DNA of 64,000 bases from an uncultured Methanosarcinaceae archaeon (lineage in GTDB: Archaea > Halobacteriota > Methanosarcinia > Methanosarcinales > Methanosarcinaceae). The stretch is taken from positions 291,584 through 355,583 of the forward strand of contig CAWHXP010000007.1 in NCBI GenBank assembly GCA_963833425.1. Direction: 5' to 3'. The translations under genes were made by a program, and so were the position numbers. Each line of letters starts with the position of its first letter. The stretch's first letter is position 1. Below, in pieces: positions 61,487 to 64,000 of the stretch. Under the pieces are notes generated by a model that had not been told where the DNA came from, made no database searches, and was given only the letters and a program-made list of their open reading frames with translations.

Positions 61487-61928
61487 GTGGCTCGTCCTTC
61501 AAAACTTACTCCTGAAATACAAAAGAGAATCGGTGACGGTATATCGCTTGGATTAACTTATGCTCTTGGCTTCCGAATCAGCCGGTGTAACTTATAAAAC
61601 GTTCAATTCATGGATGCAGCAGGGCAAAAATTCAACATCTGGGAAATATTTTGAGTTTGCACGGTATATCAATAAATGCAATGCTGACGGCGCTAGGGTA
61701 CTACTCGAAAAGCTGAATGATGCGGCAAAAGCAGGAAACTGCACGGTGTGTGCGTGGATTTTGGAGAGACGTTTCCCGGAAGACTTTGGCAGGCGGATAT
61801 ATAGAAAAGCAAATGTTGTTTCAGAAAATATAAACACAAATGTCGAGATAACAGTCCAGGAAGCCGATATACTTAGAAAACAGATTTTAGAGAAGTTCGA
61901 TAGGGTTAGGAGAGCAACTAGTCATTGA
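61487..61928 (+). CDS. Terminase small subunit-like HTH protein, GTG start, frameshift near 61568
   Basis: MARPSKLTPEIQKRIGDGISLG...AGVTYKTFNSWM...AWILERRFPEDFGR; GGTGA upstream. Confidence 0.7.
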
Positions 61929-62018
61929 CTAAATAAGATTTTTCAACCCAATTTAATATATTTTTAATATAAAATATCTCATTGCTCATTTTGTCCTTTG
62001 GTATAATTTCAGCCAGAC

Positions 62019-62562
62019 TTACCAAAATCGCCACCAAGGTTTTTTAGATCCTGGTGCTTCAATGGACTTTTGGTTTATGAGCGTTTGGACCTGCAGGAAG
62101 TAGTTATTATATGTGGTCTTAAGGTCCTCTTTATCTCTCTCTGCATTTTCAAGCTCTTTCTTTAATGTCTCGTTATGGTCGTGTAAATCTTCGGCTCTTG
62201 CCTGCAGGCGTGAGAACTCAGCGATATCCGGAGCTGCCTTTAACTTCTCCTCCAAACTCATTATCTGGTCTGTGTATACCACTTTACTACGTTTTACTTC
62301 ATCCTTACTACGGTTTACTTCATCTTGTAAGATCTGTATTTCTACCTTATACTATTTACTTCATCTTGCAGGTTTTGTATTTCTTTTTCCTTTTCCTGTA
62401 GTAAGATCCTAAACTCTGAGTCCTCTTGATCTTTAGTATACAGTAGTAAATTAAGGCCTTCAATAATACATTCTGTATTACTTATGTATTTCTTGCCTTT
62501 ATAGCTGCCTGGACTTCCTCATAAAGCTTTGTGGGAATCTTTGCACTTATCGAGGATTTCAT
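62019..62562 (-). CDS. RHH-like plus coiled-coil protein with KKPWWRFW tail, frameshifted
   Basis: MKSSISAKIPTKLYEEVQ..., DEVNRSK/DEVKRSK repeats, C-terminal QKSIEAPGSKKPWWRFW. Confidence 0.6.
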
Positions 62563-62715
62563 AGAGTTATAGTAAAGCCTTACTAAATTATAGTCTTTTT
62601 TACTTCGATGTAGTACGGATATATAGCTATACATCAATGCATAACCTTGAGATATTTAAACCAGTGCGAAAAACGGTTAATTCACCTAAAAATGTACATA
62701 TCAATACACTCATGA

Positions 62716-62780
62716 GGATTCCGTTGCAAAAACTTCAGAATAAGCATGTAAATCTATAAGTAATGAATAAAATTAAAAAG
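62716..62780. mobile_element. IS6 terminal fragment
   Basis: ggattccgttgcaaaa...atgtaaatctataagtaatgaataaaa matches 32393-32450. Confidence 0.75.
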
Positions 62781-63106
62781 ATCCTAGAGTCAATCCGATT
62801 TTACAAAACTCTTGATACATTGCTGCAGATATATTTTTTGATATGGTAATCCCATTCTAGTTAGTTGATACAGAACTAAATTCTCATGATGAAAGAAATA
62901 GATTATGTCTATAATTAAAGAGTTGAGACAACTTCATGAAAAAAAAGATGTTTAAAGATTTCTAAGTTGATATGAATACTTACCTTTTAAAAAGATGCAC
63001 ATACTTTTTATTTATAACTTCAATATGATTCACTTAATTTATGTTAGAACTAGAATTTAACTATCAGAAATGCACATGGATGAAAACCTGCTAGTGATGA
63101 GCTGCA

Positions 63107-63807
63107 TTATTTAATGCAGTAAAAACCAGCCTGCATATAAGAATACCAAAATAACTCTACTGTTTGAATCCCGTTGCTCTCAACAGTTCTAAATGTTCTT
63201 CTACAGTTATAGGAAAATACTCAGTATCAAAGCGTTCCAAATGATTCTGTATTTCTTTTTCATCGATTCCATGGCTCAATTGAAAATTTTCCCAATATTG
63301 TTTCCCTATGGCAGTGCCATCTTTTGTTAATGGTCTGATATTCTCAAATATGATGTAAATTCCACCTTCTTTTAGAAGATCGTAACATACTCTGGTTGCT
63401 TTGGCCCTATTTTCACGGCTAAGGTAGTGATGGCACTGTACAGCAGTGATAACATCTGGATTTTCCTTCAAATTCTGAGAGAATTCCTGCGTAGGGGAAG
63501 CTTTCAAAAATTCAAGCCTTCCTATGGGGTATGAAAACATTTTTTCCCTTGCTTGATCCAACATACCTTCTGAAGGGTCAAGTAAAATAAATCTTGTATG
63601 TTGAAATTCCGCAATGGCCTTACTGATTAAGGACCCGGTTCCGCATCCAGTATCCATCCACATTTTTGGGCTGGATGACAGCGATTTCACAAGATTGATG
63701 ATCTCCTGATGGAAAGATAAATAATAAGGCATAACATTGGATATCTTAGCGTCATAATCTTCGGGAAGATAGGGAGTAGAATTTTTTGTAGGTTGTATAG
63801 GAGTCAT
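63107..63807 (-). CDS. Class I SAM-dependent methyltransferase (CmoA-like), frameshift near the 3' end
   Basis: WMDTGCGTG, LDPSEGML, LLKEGGIY; tail VELFWYSYMQAGFYCIK in the shifted frame. Confidence 0.85.
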
Positions 63808-64000
63808 AGCAAAAGATCCTTTGAATTCTAAAATAAGTAAAGTTTACTGACAGTAGATACGTTAATGCAAATACCTGCCGAAGCAGCTTCATTAATATCT
63901 TTTTTAGTTCTCCTTATAGAGCATTATAACAAGCTTAAGCCATCTTAATTACTCCATTTTGAAATGTGATGCATTATTATGTGGTATCACATTTTATGCA

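Overview
Chromosomal segment of a low-GC Methanosarcina or close Methanosarcinaceae relative. The assignment rests on cysteate synthase with fused comDE (coenzyme M), radA, archaeal leuS, deoxyhypusine synthase, cbiMNQO with a long CbiO, and a Cam-type gamma carbonic anhydrase. Housekeeping genes alternate with long intergenic tracts full of IS5, IS6 and other IS relics and MITEs. Many essential genes carry 1-bp frameshifts, which points to uncorrected long-read indels, so frameshifts alone are not treated as proof of pseudogenisation. Two accessory systems stand out. (1) A divergent glycyl-radical enzyme (Cys loop GCWEP, Gly loop RVGGF) with its activase, fused onto a truncated tyrosine integrase (about 21.8-26.4 kb). 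(2) A small integrated replicon with a layout like a phage-inducible chromosomal island (PICI) or other virus satellite (about 56.1-62.7 kb). It has divergent wHTH and AbrB regulators, a DUF927 helicase, an inverted iteron array, a lone small-terminase-like gene and an RHH/coiled-coil gene, and is bracketed by IS6-type ends. No rRNA, tRNA or CRISPR array was seen. All family assignments are by eye, not from database searches.
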